A DNA stretch of 64,000 bases from an uncultured Acidobacteriota bacterium. Its GTDB lineage: Bacteria; Acidobacteriota; Thermoanaerobaculia; UBA5066; Gp7-AA6. The first letter of the stretch is position 1. Every line of letters starts with the position of its first letter. Under the pieces are notes generated by a model that searched no databases, was not told the origin of the DNA, and was given only the letters and a program-made list of their open reading frames with translations. The position numbers and the translations under genes were made by a program. The stretch is from NCBI GenBank assembly GCA_963782585.1, contig CAWAKL010000009.1, positions 9,533 to 73,532 on the forward strand. The letters run 5' to 3'. Positions 18,651 to 28,240 of this stretch are shown one piece after another.

Positions 18651-20768
18651 TCAGAGCCCCCGGCGGGACATGTCCGCGAGGGCGCCGCGCACTTCGGCGA
18701 GATCCTTCCCGTACTGCTTCGGGGGAGCCGTCTTCACGAACTGTTCCAGCGCGGCGCGCGCGATCTTCCACTCCCCGATCTGCCCGGCGACCCGCCCGAT
18801 GTTGTAGAGCGCGTCGTACTGCTCGGAGTTGAGCTCGAGGCACTTCTGCCAGCACTCCATCGCGCGCCGGGGATCCCCGAGCTGCAGCCAGGCGACGCCC
18901 AGGGCGTTCCAGGCGCGGACGCGCCGCTTGCCGAGCGCGACGGCCTGCTCGAGATTCTTGCGGGCGTCCTCGGGCCGATCCAGTTTCAGCAGCGCAATGC
19001 CCATGTTCTGGAAGGCGTCCCCGTTGGTCGGGTCGATTTCGAGTCCCCGCGCGAAGACGGCGAGCGCCTCCTGCGGCCGGCCGGCGTCGGTCAGCGCGAT
19101 GCCCAGCGAATTGAGCGTCTCGAGCTCGTTGCTTTCCCGATACGGCAGGAGCACCTCGAGCGCCCGCTTCGGCCGGCCCATCTCGGAGAGCTGCAACGCG
19201 TGCTGGCGGGCCAGGCTCTCGCTGTCCGGGATGTTGCGGGACGCGCTCTCGAAGACTCGGAGAACCCCTTCCAGGTCGCCCTTGCAGCGGAGAACCTTGG
19301 CGAGGTGCATGTGCGCCAGCTTCGTCTTCGGGTTCTCGGCCACGACGCGGCGGGCGATGACGAGGGCTTCGTCACACTTTCCGGTCTCGCTCAGCTCCAT
19401 GATCTGGTGGAGCGCCTGGTCCACGCCGATGAGGGTCTTCGGGTCATCCTGCGGCCCGTACGCCGCCTTGATCTCGCCGGAGCCCGTGAGGTAGCCGAGG
19501 CTGCGGAGCTTGGCCGCCTCGTCGGAACCGATCGTGCCCCGCTCGCTCGGCGTTGCGGGGAGCTCGAGCAGGCGCTTGCGCAGCCGCCGCAGGGCGTCGG
19601 GCGCCTCTCCCACGAGATTCTTCACCTCGGCCGGATCCGACGGGAGGTTGTAGAGCTCCGGGATCGGCAGGTCGATGTACTTGTCTCCTCGCGCCATGAG
19701 TCCCCGCAGCGGCGCCCAGCCGCGGTTGAAGGTCGCCGAGAGCGCTTCGAAGTAGTTGCCTTCCGCCGCTTCCTGGCGGCCCGCCGGAAGGAGCGATTGT
19801 CCCGTGAGCTCTTTCGGTTTCGCCTCACCGACGGCGTCGAGGATCGTGGGAAGGATGTCGATGTGCCGCGCCGCGACGTCGTTCTTGCCGGGCCCGAGCA
19901 GCGGAGGGCACCAGACGAAGAGCGGGACACGGAGCGTCGACTCGTAGCAGAAGAGACCGTGCGTGAGCTCCCCGTGGTCGCCGCGGGCCTCGCCGTGGTC
20001 GGCCGTGACGACGAGAAGCGGCGGAGGGTCGGCCGTGCGCACGACATCGAGGAGGGGCGCGAGCGCCGCATCGGTATAGGCGACTTCGCCGAGGTAGGCA
20101 TCGTCCGCGAAACGCTCCCGGTACGCCTGCGGCGGATCGTAGGGCGCGTGCGGATCGTAGAGATGCACCCAGAGGAACCGGGGCTTGCCCTGCTCGGCGC
20201 GGTACCACGCGACGGCCGCCTTCACCACGTCTTCCGCCCGCGCCTGCTGGATGGAGAACTCGAACTGCTCGTCGAGATGGCGGTAGAGCTCGTTGTAGGC
20301 GTCGAAGTCGTGGCCGAGGCCGTAGCGCGAGTCGAGAACGTACGCGGCCACGAACGCGCCGCTCGCGTAGCCCTTCGCCTCGAGCCGCCCGGCCGCCGTC
20401 GGGATCTTCGGCGAAAGCCGGAAGCCCGCGTTCTCGCGCACGCCGTGCTCGTAGGGAAGCAGTCCCGTGAGGATGTTGGCGTGGGACGGGAGCGTGATGA
20501 CGTTGTGCGCGTGCGCTTTCGAAAATACGCGTCCCTCCGCGGCGAAGCGGTCGAGGTGGGGCGTCGTGCCGCGGGTGTTGCCCCCGAAGCCGACAGCGTC
20601 CGCGCGCAGCGTGTCGATCGTGACGAGGATGACGTCCCGGGGCACCCGCGCTGCGGAACGGGCGGCGGCCGCGGGGGCTTCGCGGCGGCACGCGAAAAGC
20701 GAAAGCGCGGCAAACAGGAGCGCGCAGGCTTCGGCCGCTGCCCGCCGGGTTTTCGTCACGCCCGCCAC
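18651..20768 (-). CDS. Alkaline-phosphatase-superfamily (sulfatase/NPP-like) hydrolase or transferase with C-terminal TPR repeats
   Basis: 705 aa. VILVTIDTLRADAVG and NVITLPSHANILTGLLPYEHG place Thr, not Cys/Ser, at the nucleophile position (NPP-like TxPxH...TG...HG). The C-terminal ~250 aa are TPR-like. Confidence 0.85.
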   Translation of the reverse strand: MAGVTKTRRAAAEACALLFAALSLFACRREAPAAAARSAARVPRDVILVTIDTLRADAVGFGGNTRGTTPHLDRFAAEGRVFSKAHAHNVITLPSHANILTGLLPYEHGVRENAGFRLSPKIPTAAGRLEAKGYASGAFVAAYVLDSRYGLGHDFDAYNELYRHLDEQFEFSIQQARAEDVVKAAVAWYRAEQGKPRFLWVHLYDPHAPYDPPQAYRERFADDAYLGEVAYTDAALAPLLDVVRTADPPPLLVVTADHGEARGDHGELTHGLFCYESTLRVPLFVWCPPLLGPGKNDVAARHIDILPTILDAVGEAKPKELTGQSLLPAGRQEAAEGNYFEALSATFNRGWAPLRGLMARGDKYIDLPIPELYNLPSDPAEVKNLVGEAPDALRRLRKRLLELPATPSERGTIGSDEAAKLRSLGYLTGSGEIKAAYGPQDDPKTLIGVDQALHQIMELSETGKCDEALVIARRVVAENPKTKLAHMHLAKVLRCKGDLEGVLRVFESASRNIPDSESLARQHALQLSEMGRPKRALEVLLPYRESNELETLNSLGIALTDAGRPQEALAVFARGLEIDPTNGDAFQNMGIALLKLDRPEDARKNLEQAVALGKRRVRAWNALGVAWLQLGDPRRAMECWQKCLELNSEQYDALYNIGRVAGQIGEWKIARAALEQFVKTAPPKQYGKDLAEVRGALADMSRRGL

Positions 20769-20826
20769 GAAACGAAAGGGCCCGCCCGGAATTCCCGGAC
20801 GGGCCCTGGAGATGCTGAGAATCGGC

Positions 20827-23800
20827 TTAGAAGGCGACCGCGATCCCCAGACGAAGGATCCGGGGGCTCTGGACCTCGACGATGTCGTTGAAGAAAGCGT
20901 TTTGGGTGAACTCCCCGGTGCTGGCCCGGTAGTCGCCGGTCCGCTGATAACGCTCCAGGATCGCGTTGTTGTTGGTCACGTTGAAGATCTCGGCCGCCGG
21001 CGTGATCGTGAAGCCGCCGATCGTGAACGCTTTCTCGAGGCGGAAGTCGAGCTGGTAGACGTTCTCGTAGCGGAAGGTGTCCACCTGATCGATGAGGATG
21101 CTGTAGATGTGGGAGATGCCCGCGGCGTCGGTCGCCCGGGTGCGCACGTAGTAGGGGTTCGGGTAGCCCTGGCGTCCGAAGAAGTTGACGCCGAAGTTGA
21201 TCCCCCACGGCGCCTGGTAGAGCCCGGTGACGTTGAACTGCCACTCCCCGTTCAGAAAGACCTGGTCCCGGGAGGAGAATCCCACGGCAGGACACGAAGT
21301 CTCGGGCGGCGACCCGCAGTTCGAGCCTCCCGTACTCCAGAAATTGTTGGGGTTCCGGATCGATTCCGCGGTCAGGTGCTGCCGGAAGTTGTTCCACCCG
21401 AAGTTGCCCCGCAGCATCCACTTGTCCGATAGTCGCTTCACGATCGACAGGTCGACGCCGTAGTACTTCTGCACCGCACCCGGTCGATTGGAAATTGTCA
21501 CGCCCGCCGGCTCTTCATCCAGGGTCAGGCTGTAGAACGGCACGTCGAACGGCAGCGTGAAACCGTTGGTCGCAGTGGCCACGCAGGGGACACGCGGCGA
21601 GTTTTCGTCCTCTGGATCCTGGAGGCACTGTGTCCGCCCGGCGAGCTCCCACGTCCCGATGTTCGAGCCGTTGGGCTGGTCCTCGAAAAGGTTGTTCGTA
21701 GAGCGGTAGGAGAACGTCGCCGACACCGCGAAGTTGTCGCTGAGCTGGTGATCGGCGCCGAAGGTGAGCTCCTGGGTCTTGGGCGTCTTGAGATTCGGGT
21801 CGATCATGTTCGGAACGTTCGGCAGAACGAACGGGTCGACCGAGTTGTAGAAGGCGTAGACCCCGTACTCCCAGAGGATCTCGTTGGGCTGGACGGTGTG
21901 GTCCGTGTTGATGTCGTTCCAGTAGTAGTAGGCGCCGTTCGATATCGGCACGCCGCTTCCGTAGTAGCCGATGAAGCCGAGCTGGTCGGCGAACTGCGCG
22001 TAGGACGCCCGGAGCAGGGTGTTCTTCTTTTCGCCCAGCGCATACGACGCCGAGACGCGCGGCTGCCAGTTCGTGAAGTCGAACTGCCAGTCGTCGGAGC
22101 CGTGGTAGAAGACGGCCGGCAGGCCGGGGAAGGGTTCGCCATCCGGACCGAGGCAGGTCGGGCACGGGTCCTCGAACAGCGGGTTCGCGAAGGCCTGGCC
22201 CGGAAGGTTCCTGGCCTGCTGCCGGTCGTAGCGCACGCCGAGCTGGGCCGTGAAGTTGCCGGCGGTGATCGTGTCGCCGAGCGTTCCGCTCCAGATCTGG
22301 TTCTCGAACACGGGCCGCACGCCGCGCGAGATCAGCGCCGTGTTGGAGGACGGGTCCGCGTATTCGAATCCATTGTTCTGGTTTCCCGGCAGTCCCGTCG
22401 CGGAGTCGGCGATCTGCTGGCGGTAGTTGAAGCTGAACTTGACCTCGTGGTTGATGGTCCCCGTGTTGAAGAACTTGGACATCTGCAGGTTCCCCTGCTT
22501 CTGCGGATCCTTGGCCCAGTAGTAGGTGTAGTTGTTGTGGTACCCGTCGTCGAAGTACTGGATGTCCTTCGAGCCATCCCCCGCGCACGGGATCTGGAAT
22601 CGGACCGGGTCGCAGTCGAGGGAACCGATCGGGATCTCCGAGTAGCTCGGCGCCTGATAGTTCCCGAAGATCGAAGCGAAGAAGTCCGAGGAGAAGACGT
22701 GGGAGTCCTCGATCTTGTAGAAGTTGGTGATGATGGGATAGTCGATGCGGGTCTCGATCGGACGGCCCGGCGCCGCTCCCGCGCCGAACTGCTGGCGGTC
22801 GCTGCGCGAGTAGTAGAGCTGGGCCGAGTTCGCGTTCGTGATCTGCCAGTTCAGCTTGGCGCTCCAGGGCTCGAGGTTCGCCGTTTCGGGGAAGTCCCCT
22901 CCTTCCGTGTAGAAGTCGGACGGGTTGACCGAAACCGTCTGGTAGGCGCCGGCGAACCAGAGCCAGACCTTGTCCTTGACGATCGGCCCGCCGAAGTCCG
23001 CGCCGTACTCCCGGATGAAACGGATGTCGTTGGCCGTGAAGCCCTGCGCGGCGAGCTCGTCCGGCGTGTTGTCTGACTGCCAGTTGTCCGAGGCGTAGAG
23101 GAAACGCGCGTTGCCCCTGTACTCGTTGGTGCCGCGCTTGGTGACGACGTTGATCGTGACGCCCGAGGTCTGCTGCTCGAGGACCGAACCTCCCGTCGCC
23201 ACCTCCACGTCCTCGAACGTCGAGAAGTCGAGGAACGTGTTGGTGCCGCCGTTCTGGCGCTGGAACGGGTTGCCGTAGGTGTTGTCGGTGATCGTGGAGC
23301 CGTCCACCTGGTAGACGACGTTGCCGGAGCCCTTGTTGATGAAGTCGGGCCCGCCGACGGTCGCGCTGTTGGCGCCCGCCCCCTGGACCGAGTCGATCTG
23401 AATGCCCGGCACCTGCTGGATGAGGCCCCAGACGTCGCGTGCGGTCGGGATCTCCTGGAGCTCGTCGCGCGAGAAGTTCTGGCCCGTCTCGACCTTGCGC
23501 GTGTCGATGAGGGGCGTGGCGCTCGTGACCGTCACCGCCTCCTGCACGGCGGACAGCCGCAGCTGCATGTCGACCTGCGTGTTGCCGCCGACGTTGACGA
23601 TCACGTTCTCGCGCGTGACGGTCGTGAAGCCGGGCATGGCGACGGTGACGGTGTACCTGCCCGGGGGAACCTTGAGGAAGCGGAAGAGACCGTTGGAGTC
23701 GACGCTGGTCGTCACCGGCGCCCGGTCACCGGTCAGCGTCGCGGTGCCTCCCGGGAGCACGCCGCCGGACTCGTCGATGACGTTGCCGTAGACGTTGCCG

Positions 23801-23901
23801 GTGTTGACCTGCGCCGCGGCGTGGAGTCCAAGTCCGGCGAGCGCCACGAACCAGACCAGCACTCGAGCCAAGTAGGATCTCCACATAGACGCCCTCCTCA
23901 A
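20827..23901 (-). CDS. TonB-dependent outer-membrane receptor with N-terminal carboxypeptidase-regulatory-like domain
   Basis: 1024 aa. Signal peptide, then GNVYGNVIDESGGVLPGGTATL...NGLFRFLKVPPGRYTVTV, a plug region (IPTARDVWGLIQQVPGIQID), a long beta-barrel and a terminal aromatic residue (..LGIAVAF). Confidence 0.9.
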   Translation of the reverse strand: MRRASMWRSYLARVLVWFVALAGLGLHAAAQVNTGNVYGNVIDESGGVLPGGTATLTGDRAPVTTSVDSNGLFRFLKVPPGRYTVTVAMPGFTTVTRENVIVNVGGNTQVDMQLRLSAVQEAVTVTSATPLIDTRKVETGQNFSRDELQEIPTARDVWGLIQQVPGIQIDSVQGAGANSATVGGPDFINKGSGNVVYQVDGSTITDNTYGNPFQRQNGGTNTFLDFSTFEDVEVATGGSVLEQQTSGVTINVVTKRGTNEYRGNARFLYASDNWQSDNTPDELAAQGFTANDIRFIREYGADFGGPIVKDKVWLWFAGAYQTVSVNPSDFYTEGGDFPETANLEPWSAKLNWQITNANSAQLYYSRSDRQQFGAGAAPGRPIETRIDYPIITNFYKIEDSHVFSSDFFASIFGNYQAPSYSEIPIGSLDCDPVRFQIPCAGDGSKDIQYFDDGYHNNYTYYWAKDPQKQGNLQMSKFFNTGTINHEVKFSFNYRQQIADSATGLPGNQNNGFEYADPSSNTALISRGVRPVFENQIWSGTLGDTITAGNFTAQLGVRYDRQQARNLPGQAFANPLFEDPCPTCLGPDGEPFPGLPAVFYHGSDDWQFDFTNWQPRVSASYALGEKKNTLLRASYAQFADQLGFIGYYGSGVPISNGAYYYWNDINTDHTVQPNEILWEYGVYAFYNSVDPFVLPNVPNMIDPNLKTPKTQELTFGADHQLSDNFAVSATFSYRSTNNLFEDQPNGSNIGTWELAGRTQCLQDPEDENSPRVPCVATATNGFTLPFDVPFYSLTLDEEPAGVTISNRPGAVQKYYGVDLSIVKRLSDKWMLRGNFGWNNFRQHLTAESIRNPNNFWSTGGSNCGSPPETSCPAVGFSSRDQVFLNGEWQFNVTGLYQAPWGINFGVNFFGRQGYPNPYYVRTRATDAAGISHIYSILIDQVDTFRYENVYQLDFRLEKAFTIGGFTITPAAEIFNVTNNNAILERYQRTGDYRASTGEFTQNAFFNDIVEVQSPRILRLGIAVAF

Positions 23902-24158
23902 TTGCTAATGGAAAGCTTCTCCGCGGCTCAGGAACTCCTTCGATCCATCGTGCGCGAACGCCTCCGAAATCGAAACGAACCGCTCCCGGTGATCGTTGCG
24001 ATTATGCTATCGCGGTTTTCATCGACGTAAAGCGCAAAGCGAGGACGTTCATCCCGCGGGCGACGGATTCAAATTCGTGTACGCGACGCGACGTTTCTTA
24101 ATCCGATGACTTCCGGTCACGGGAGGGAGATCTGAAGAAACCGGCGAGCGGGCTCCGG

Positions 24159-25079
24159 ATGGCGGCGGTCCTGATTCCCGTGCTCTTCATCCTCGCCTGC
24201 GCGTCGGCAACGCCGAGCGGCGGAGACCGCCGCGCGAGCGATCCCGCTCGGGCGAAGGGCTCGCTTCTGATCGTTGGCGGCGGGCCGATTCCGGACGCCA
24301 TCCTGGAGCGCTTCCTCGCGCTGGCGGGAGGCGCGGGGAAGGCGCGGATCGTCATCTATCCCATGGCCTCGGAGTGGGAGGACTCGGGCGTCGAGCTCGC
24401 CGAGACGTTCACCAAGCTCGGCGCTTTCGCCGAACGCCGTGTCCTCACCCGAGAGCAGGCGAGCCGCCCAGTGGCCGCCGAAGAGCTCGCGGGCATCACG
24501 GGAATCTGGTTCGGCGGCGGCGACCAGTCGCGCCTGACTGCGGCGCTGCTCGACACGCCGGTCGAAGCGGCGGTCGCCGCCCGGTATCGCGCCGGTGCCG
24601 TCGTGGGCGGCACGTCGGCCGGAGCGGCCGTGATGTCGACGCCGATGATCACGGGAGACGAGAAACGGCCGGGTGGCGACCGTCCTCCGGGGAAGGACTC
24701 GAGCGACGCTTGGATGACCATCGCCCGGGAAAACGTCGTGACCGCGCGGGGGTTCGGCCTGCTCCCCGGCACGATCGTGGACCAGCACTTCGTCCGCCGC
24801 CGCCGCAACAACCGCCTGCTCTCGCTGGTCCTCGAAAACCCCTCTCTCGTGGGCGTCGGAATCGACGAGTCCACCGCCCTCGAGGTCGGCCCCGACGGCG
24901 TATGGCGAATCCTCGGGGAGAGCGTCGCCGTGATCTACGACGCGCGGAAAGCGGCCCTCACGCCCGCCGGAGCGCCGGCCCTGGGCGCGACGGACCTGCG
25001 CCTCGATGTCCTTCCCCCGGGAAGCACTTACGACCCGAGGACGGCCAGGGCCGTCCTTCCAGGACCAGCCGGGCGCTGA
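24159..25079 (+). CDS. Cyanophycinase (peptidase S51), probable lipoprotein
   Basis: 306 aa. Lipobox-like VLFILAC, then LLIVGGGPIPDAILERF, GIWFGGGDQSRL and the nucleophile motif VGGTSAGAAV. Confidence 0.85.
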   Translation: MAAVLIPVLFILACASATPSGGDRRASDPARAKGSLLIVGGGPIPDAILERFLALAGGAGKARIVIYPMASEWEDSGVELAETFTKLGAFAERRVLTREQASRPVAAEELAGITGIWFGGGDQSRLTAALLDTPVEAAVAARYRAGAVVGGTSAGAAVMSTPMITGDEKRPGGDRPPGKDSSDAWMTIARENVVTARGFGLLPGTIVDQHFVRRRRNNRLLSLVLENPSLVGVGIDESTALEVGPDGVWRILGESVAVIYDARKAALTPAGAPALGATDLRLDVLPPGSTYDPRTARAVLPGPAGR

Positions 25080-25397
25080 AATATGGATGCGGGCGTCGTG
25101 TCCGGCACTTTGCGCGCGTCGCCGCAACGGCCCGTAGCCCTTCATCGGGTTAGTGGCGGTCGAGCGGCGCCGGCAAAGTGCCGGCCACCCTTCGGGTTAC
25201 GGCGGCGCGGGGCCGTCTGCGGCGTCATCGCTCCTCGACGATGCGAAGGCATCGCCATCGTCGCGCTTCCTTGCAGCCGACCCCCGGCGCTCGTAACGCC
25301 GCCTCACACCATCTTTCAGCGCCCGACTAAAGCCTTCCTAAATCGGTTGCGGCCGGCCCGCCCCGGCCATACGCTCGGGTTGGTGCCGGAGGCGAAC

Positions 25398-26501
25398 ATG
25401 CGCAAGCTCTTCCTGTCTTTTGCCGTCTTTCTCGCCGCTTCGGGAATCTCCGCCGAGGACGTCACGCTGCCGGCGGCAGCGTCGATCGTCGGCGGGGCGC
25501 CCTTCTTCTCGGACGTGCGGGCCTTCAACACGTCCTATTCGGGCGCTCTCGAGGTGACGGCGCGCTACCGCTGCTTCATCTCCTGTACCGCGGTCGGCGC
25601 GCCGGAAATCGTTTTCACGCTGAACCCGCGCGAGTCCCGATCCTTCGACGACATCGTCCAGAACACCTTTCTGGCGCCGAACACCGCGGGTGGCGTGGAG
25701 TTCGAGCACGGCGGCGGGAGCGATCAGCTCGTCGTGACGAGCCGTCTCTACTCGACCGCCCCCGAACCGACGGTCGGCATGTTCATCCCCGGAGTCAAGA
25801 ACAACGAGGCGCATGCCCGGACGGTGCTGACCTCCATCCGCAACGGAGGCCAGAACGAGGGCTTCCGGACCAACGTCGGCGTCTTCAACCGCGAGGACGG
25901 CGCCGTCACGGTGACCTTCACGATCTTCGACGCCGGCGTCCAGGTCGGTACTCCGGTGTCCCGCCCCGTCACGGGACACTCCGGCGTCCAGGTGAACGGA
26001 ATCTTCGGCGCGGCCGGCCAGGGGCCGCACGTCACCGACAACGCCGTCGTGGTCGTCTCGTCGACGGGCGAGGTCTTTTCCTACGCCGCCGTCCTCGACA
26101 ACCACACGCAGGATCCCATCTTCGTCCGCGGGGCCGAGGACCGGGAACCTCAGGCCGTGGGCCCGTCGCAGCGTACGGTCCAGGTCGGCGCGGGGGGTCT
26201 CGTTTTCGTCGACGAGCAAAGCCAGGGGACCATCACCCGGATCCAGGTCGGCGACACGGTGAAGTGGACCTGGGGCAGCAGCACGGTGCAGCACGGAGTC
26301 GCTTCCGGCACGTGCACCCCCGGCGGCTACTACGACGACGGGACCTGCACCGCCGACGGCGTGTTCTCCTCGGGCACCTACCGGCCGCCCCACGAGTTCA
26401 CCCGCACCTTCACCGAGCCGGGGACCTACCAGTACTTCTGCCCGGTCCACCTGGGCTCGATGCGCGGGCGGGTCGTCGTCGAAGCGCCTCCCGGCAGCTG
26501 A
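25398..26501 (+). CDS. Secreted protein: unrecognised N-terminal beta-rich domain fused to a C-terminal cupredoxin (type-1 copper) domain
   Basis: ATG at 25398. Signal peptide MRKLFLSFAVFLAASGISAED. The C-terminus reads IQVGDTVKWTWGSSTVQHGV...GTYQYFCPVHLGSMRGRVVV, giving His...Cys-x2-His-x3-Met ligands. Confidence 0.75.
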   Translation: MRKLFLSFAVFLAASGISAEDVTLPAAASIVGGAPFFSDVRAFNTSYSGALEVTARYRCFISCTAVGAPEIVFTLNPRESRSFDDIVQNTFLAPNTAGGVEFEHGGGSDQLVVTSRLYSTAPEPTVGMFIPGVKNNEAHARTVLTSIRNGGQNEGFRTNVGVFNREDGAVTVTFTIFDAGVQVGTPVSRPVTGHSGVQVNGIFGAAGQGPHVTDNAVVVVSSTGEVFSYAAVLDNHTQDPIFVRGAEDREPQAVGPSQRTVQVGAGGLVFVDEQSQGTITRIQVGDTVKWTWGSSTVQHGVASGTCTPGGYYDDGTCTADGVFSSGTYRPPHEFTRTFTEPGTYQYFCPVHLGSMRGRVVVEAPPGS

Positions 26502-26536
26502 CAGGCTGCTGGGCGAAGGCGGCGGACCGCGGCCGG

Positions 26537-26926
26537 CTAGTCGGCGACGGAGTAGATCTGCCGCGTCGCCGCGACGCCGCGCCGGCGCTCACCGACCCGG
26601 CGCTCACCCTGCCGCCTGTCCCCCGCCCGCCGGTCGTGGATGAAGAACTCGGCCGGGTCGAGGTTTGCGACGTCCTGGGGCAGCGGGTGAATGCGGATCG
26701 TCACCGCGCTCGTCGACTCGGGACGAGGCACGAGGATCTCGCGGATGAACCCCGCTTCCAGGGCAGCGGTCGGGATTCCGAGGACGTCGTTGACGGCGGC
26801 GACGATGCGTCGGGCGTCCGCCTCGAAGATGGTTTTCGCCAGTGTCCAACCGGCGGAGTTCAGGATCGCGCGGCCTTCGTACGACCAGGGCTCCGGCTGG
26901 TGCTGATCCCTGCCCCATCCCACCAT
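26537..26926 (-). CDS. Hypothetical small protein with Arg-rich DRRxGxRR C-terminal tail
   Basis: ATG at 26926 is preceded by GAGGAG. MVGWGRDQHQPEPWSYEGRAILNSAGWTLAKTIFEADARRIVAAVNDVLGIP...FFIHDRRAGDRRQGERRVGERRR. No family recognised. Confidence 0.5.
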   Translation of the reverse strand: MVGWGRDQHQPEPWSYEGRAILNSAGWTLAKTIFEADARRIVAAVNDVLGIPTAALEAGFIREILVPRPESTSAVTIRIHPLPQDVANLDPAEFFIHDRRAGDRRQGERRVGERRRGVAATRQIYSVAD

Positions 26927-27046
26927 GCGGTCACTCCTCTTCGAACCGCGACCTTGCATCCGCCGCAGAGGGCCAGGTTCGACGAATCTTAGCATCGAAG
27001 CCCGCGCAAGCCGAGCGCTTCTGCGAGCAGCGACATAATCCGCGGC

Positions 27047-28240
27047 GTGGCGACTCGTCGCGCTCTCTCGCGCCGCACGCGGCCGTTCCAGGAGTCGGTG
27101 ATCCGCGAGATGACGCGCCTTCACGCCGAAGTCGGCGGCGTCAACCTCGCGCAGGGGCTTCCCGACTTCGATCCGCCGGAAGCGTTACTGGCCGCACTCG
27201 CCCGCGCCGCCGCGCGGCCCGAGAGCCACCAGTACGGATTCACCTGGGGCCTGCCGGCGTTCCGCGCCGCGGTGGCGGAAAAGACGTTCCGGGTCAACGG
27301 CATCCGCGCGGATCCGGAGACGGAGGTCACGATCACGTGCGGCGTCTCCGAGGCCGTCGCGGCGGCGGTCCTCGCGCTGACCGAGCCGGGCGACGAGGCG
27401 CTCATCCTCGAGCCGTGGTACGAGAACTACGTGCCCGCCTGCGCCCTGGCCGGCGTCACGCCGCGGTTCGTGCGGCTCTCCGAGCCCGACTTCCGCCTCG
27501 ACGCCGACGCGCTCGCCCGCGCCGTCACGCGCAAGACGCGCCTGATCTTCGTCAACACGCCGGGCAACCCGTCCGGACGCGTCTTTTCGCGCGAGGAGCT
27601 CTCCGCCATCGCCGCGGTCTGCCAGCGGCACGGCCTCGTGGCCGTCACGGACGAGATCTACGAGCACATCTGGTTCGATCCGCACCGGCACGTCAGCCTC
27701 GGATCGCTGCCCGGCATGGGGGATCGCACCGTTACCGTGTCCGGTCTCGGCAAGACGTACGCGGTGACCGGCTGGCGCATCGGCTGGGCCGTGGCGGCAA
27801 AGCCGCTTTCCGCGCTCGTGCGCAAGGTCCACGACTATCTGACGATCTGCGCGCCCACGCTCTTCCAGGAGGCGGGGCTCGCCGCCCTGGCGCTGCCCGA
27901 CGCCTACTACGTCGAGCTGCGCCGAGCGTATGCGGACCGCAGGGAGATCCTGCTGACCGCCCTCGGGAAAGCGGGCCTCGCGTTTGCTCCTCCCGAGGGC
28001 GCCTACTACGTCATGGCCGACGTGCGGGGGCTCGGCTGGAGAAACGATGTTGCCTTCGTCGATTTCCTTGCCCGCAAGGTCGGCGTCACCGCCGTTCCCG
28101 GCTCGAGCTTCTACGCCCGCGGCGGGGGAAAGACGAAGGTCCGCCTCAACTTCGCGAAGAAAGAGGCGACGCTCCGTCAGGCGGCTCGCCGGCTGGCCGC
28201 GTCGGATCTGCGGGCGCCGCGCGGACGCCGCTCACCGTAG
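27047..28240 (+). CDS. Class I/II PLP-dependent aminotransferase (MetC-independent methionine/kynurenine aminotransferase-like)
   Basis: 397 aa with NLAQGLPDF, FVNTPGNPSGRVFSREEL and VSGLGKTYAVTGWRIGW (PLP-binding Lys). Confidence 0.9.
   Translation: MATRRALSRRTRPFQESVIREMTRLHAEVGGVNLAQGLPDFDPPEALLAALARAAARPESHQYGFTWGLPAFRAAVAEKTFRVNGIRADPETEVTITCGVSEAVAAAVLALTEPGDEALILEPWYENYVPACALAGVTPRFVRLSEPDFRLDADALARAVTRKTRLIFVNTPGNPSGRVFSREELSAIAAVCQRHGLVAVTDEIYEHIWFDPHRHVSLGSLPGMGDRTVTVSGLGKTYAVTGWRIGWAVAAKPLSALVRKVHDYLTICAPTLFQEAGLAALALPDAYYVELRRAYADRREILLTALGKAGLAFAPPEGAYYVMADVRGLGWRNDVAFVDFLARKVGVTAVPGSSFYARGGGKTKVRLNFAKKEATLRQAARRLAASDLRAPRGRRSP

Noticed and set aside
18651-20768. Annotation of 18651..20768 and 42818..44302 as true (formylglycine) sulfatases
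   Set aside because: Both have Thr where sulfatases need Cys/Ser in CxPxR (ITLPSH and YTLPSY). The first matches the NPP-type TxPxH...TG...HG pattern better. I therefore call them only alkaline-phosphatase-superfamily enzymes.
23902-24158. Possible riboswitch (e.g. cobalamin) in the leader of the TonB-dependent receptor
   Set aside because: I could not find a B12-box-like GCCACTG core or other riboswitch signature by eye. The region is merely less GC-rich, as promoters are. A covariance-model scan would be needed to be sure.
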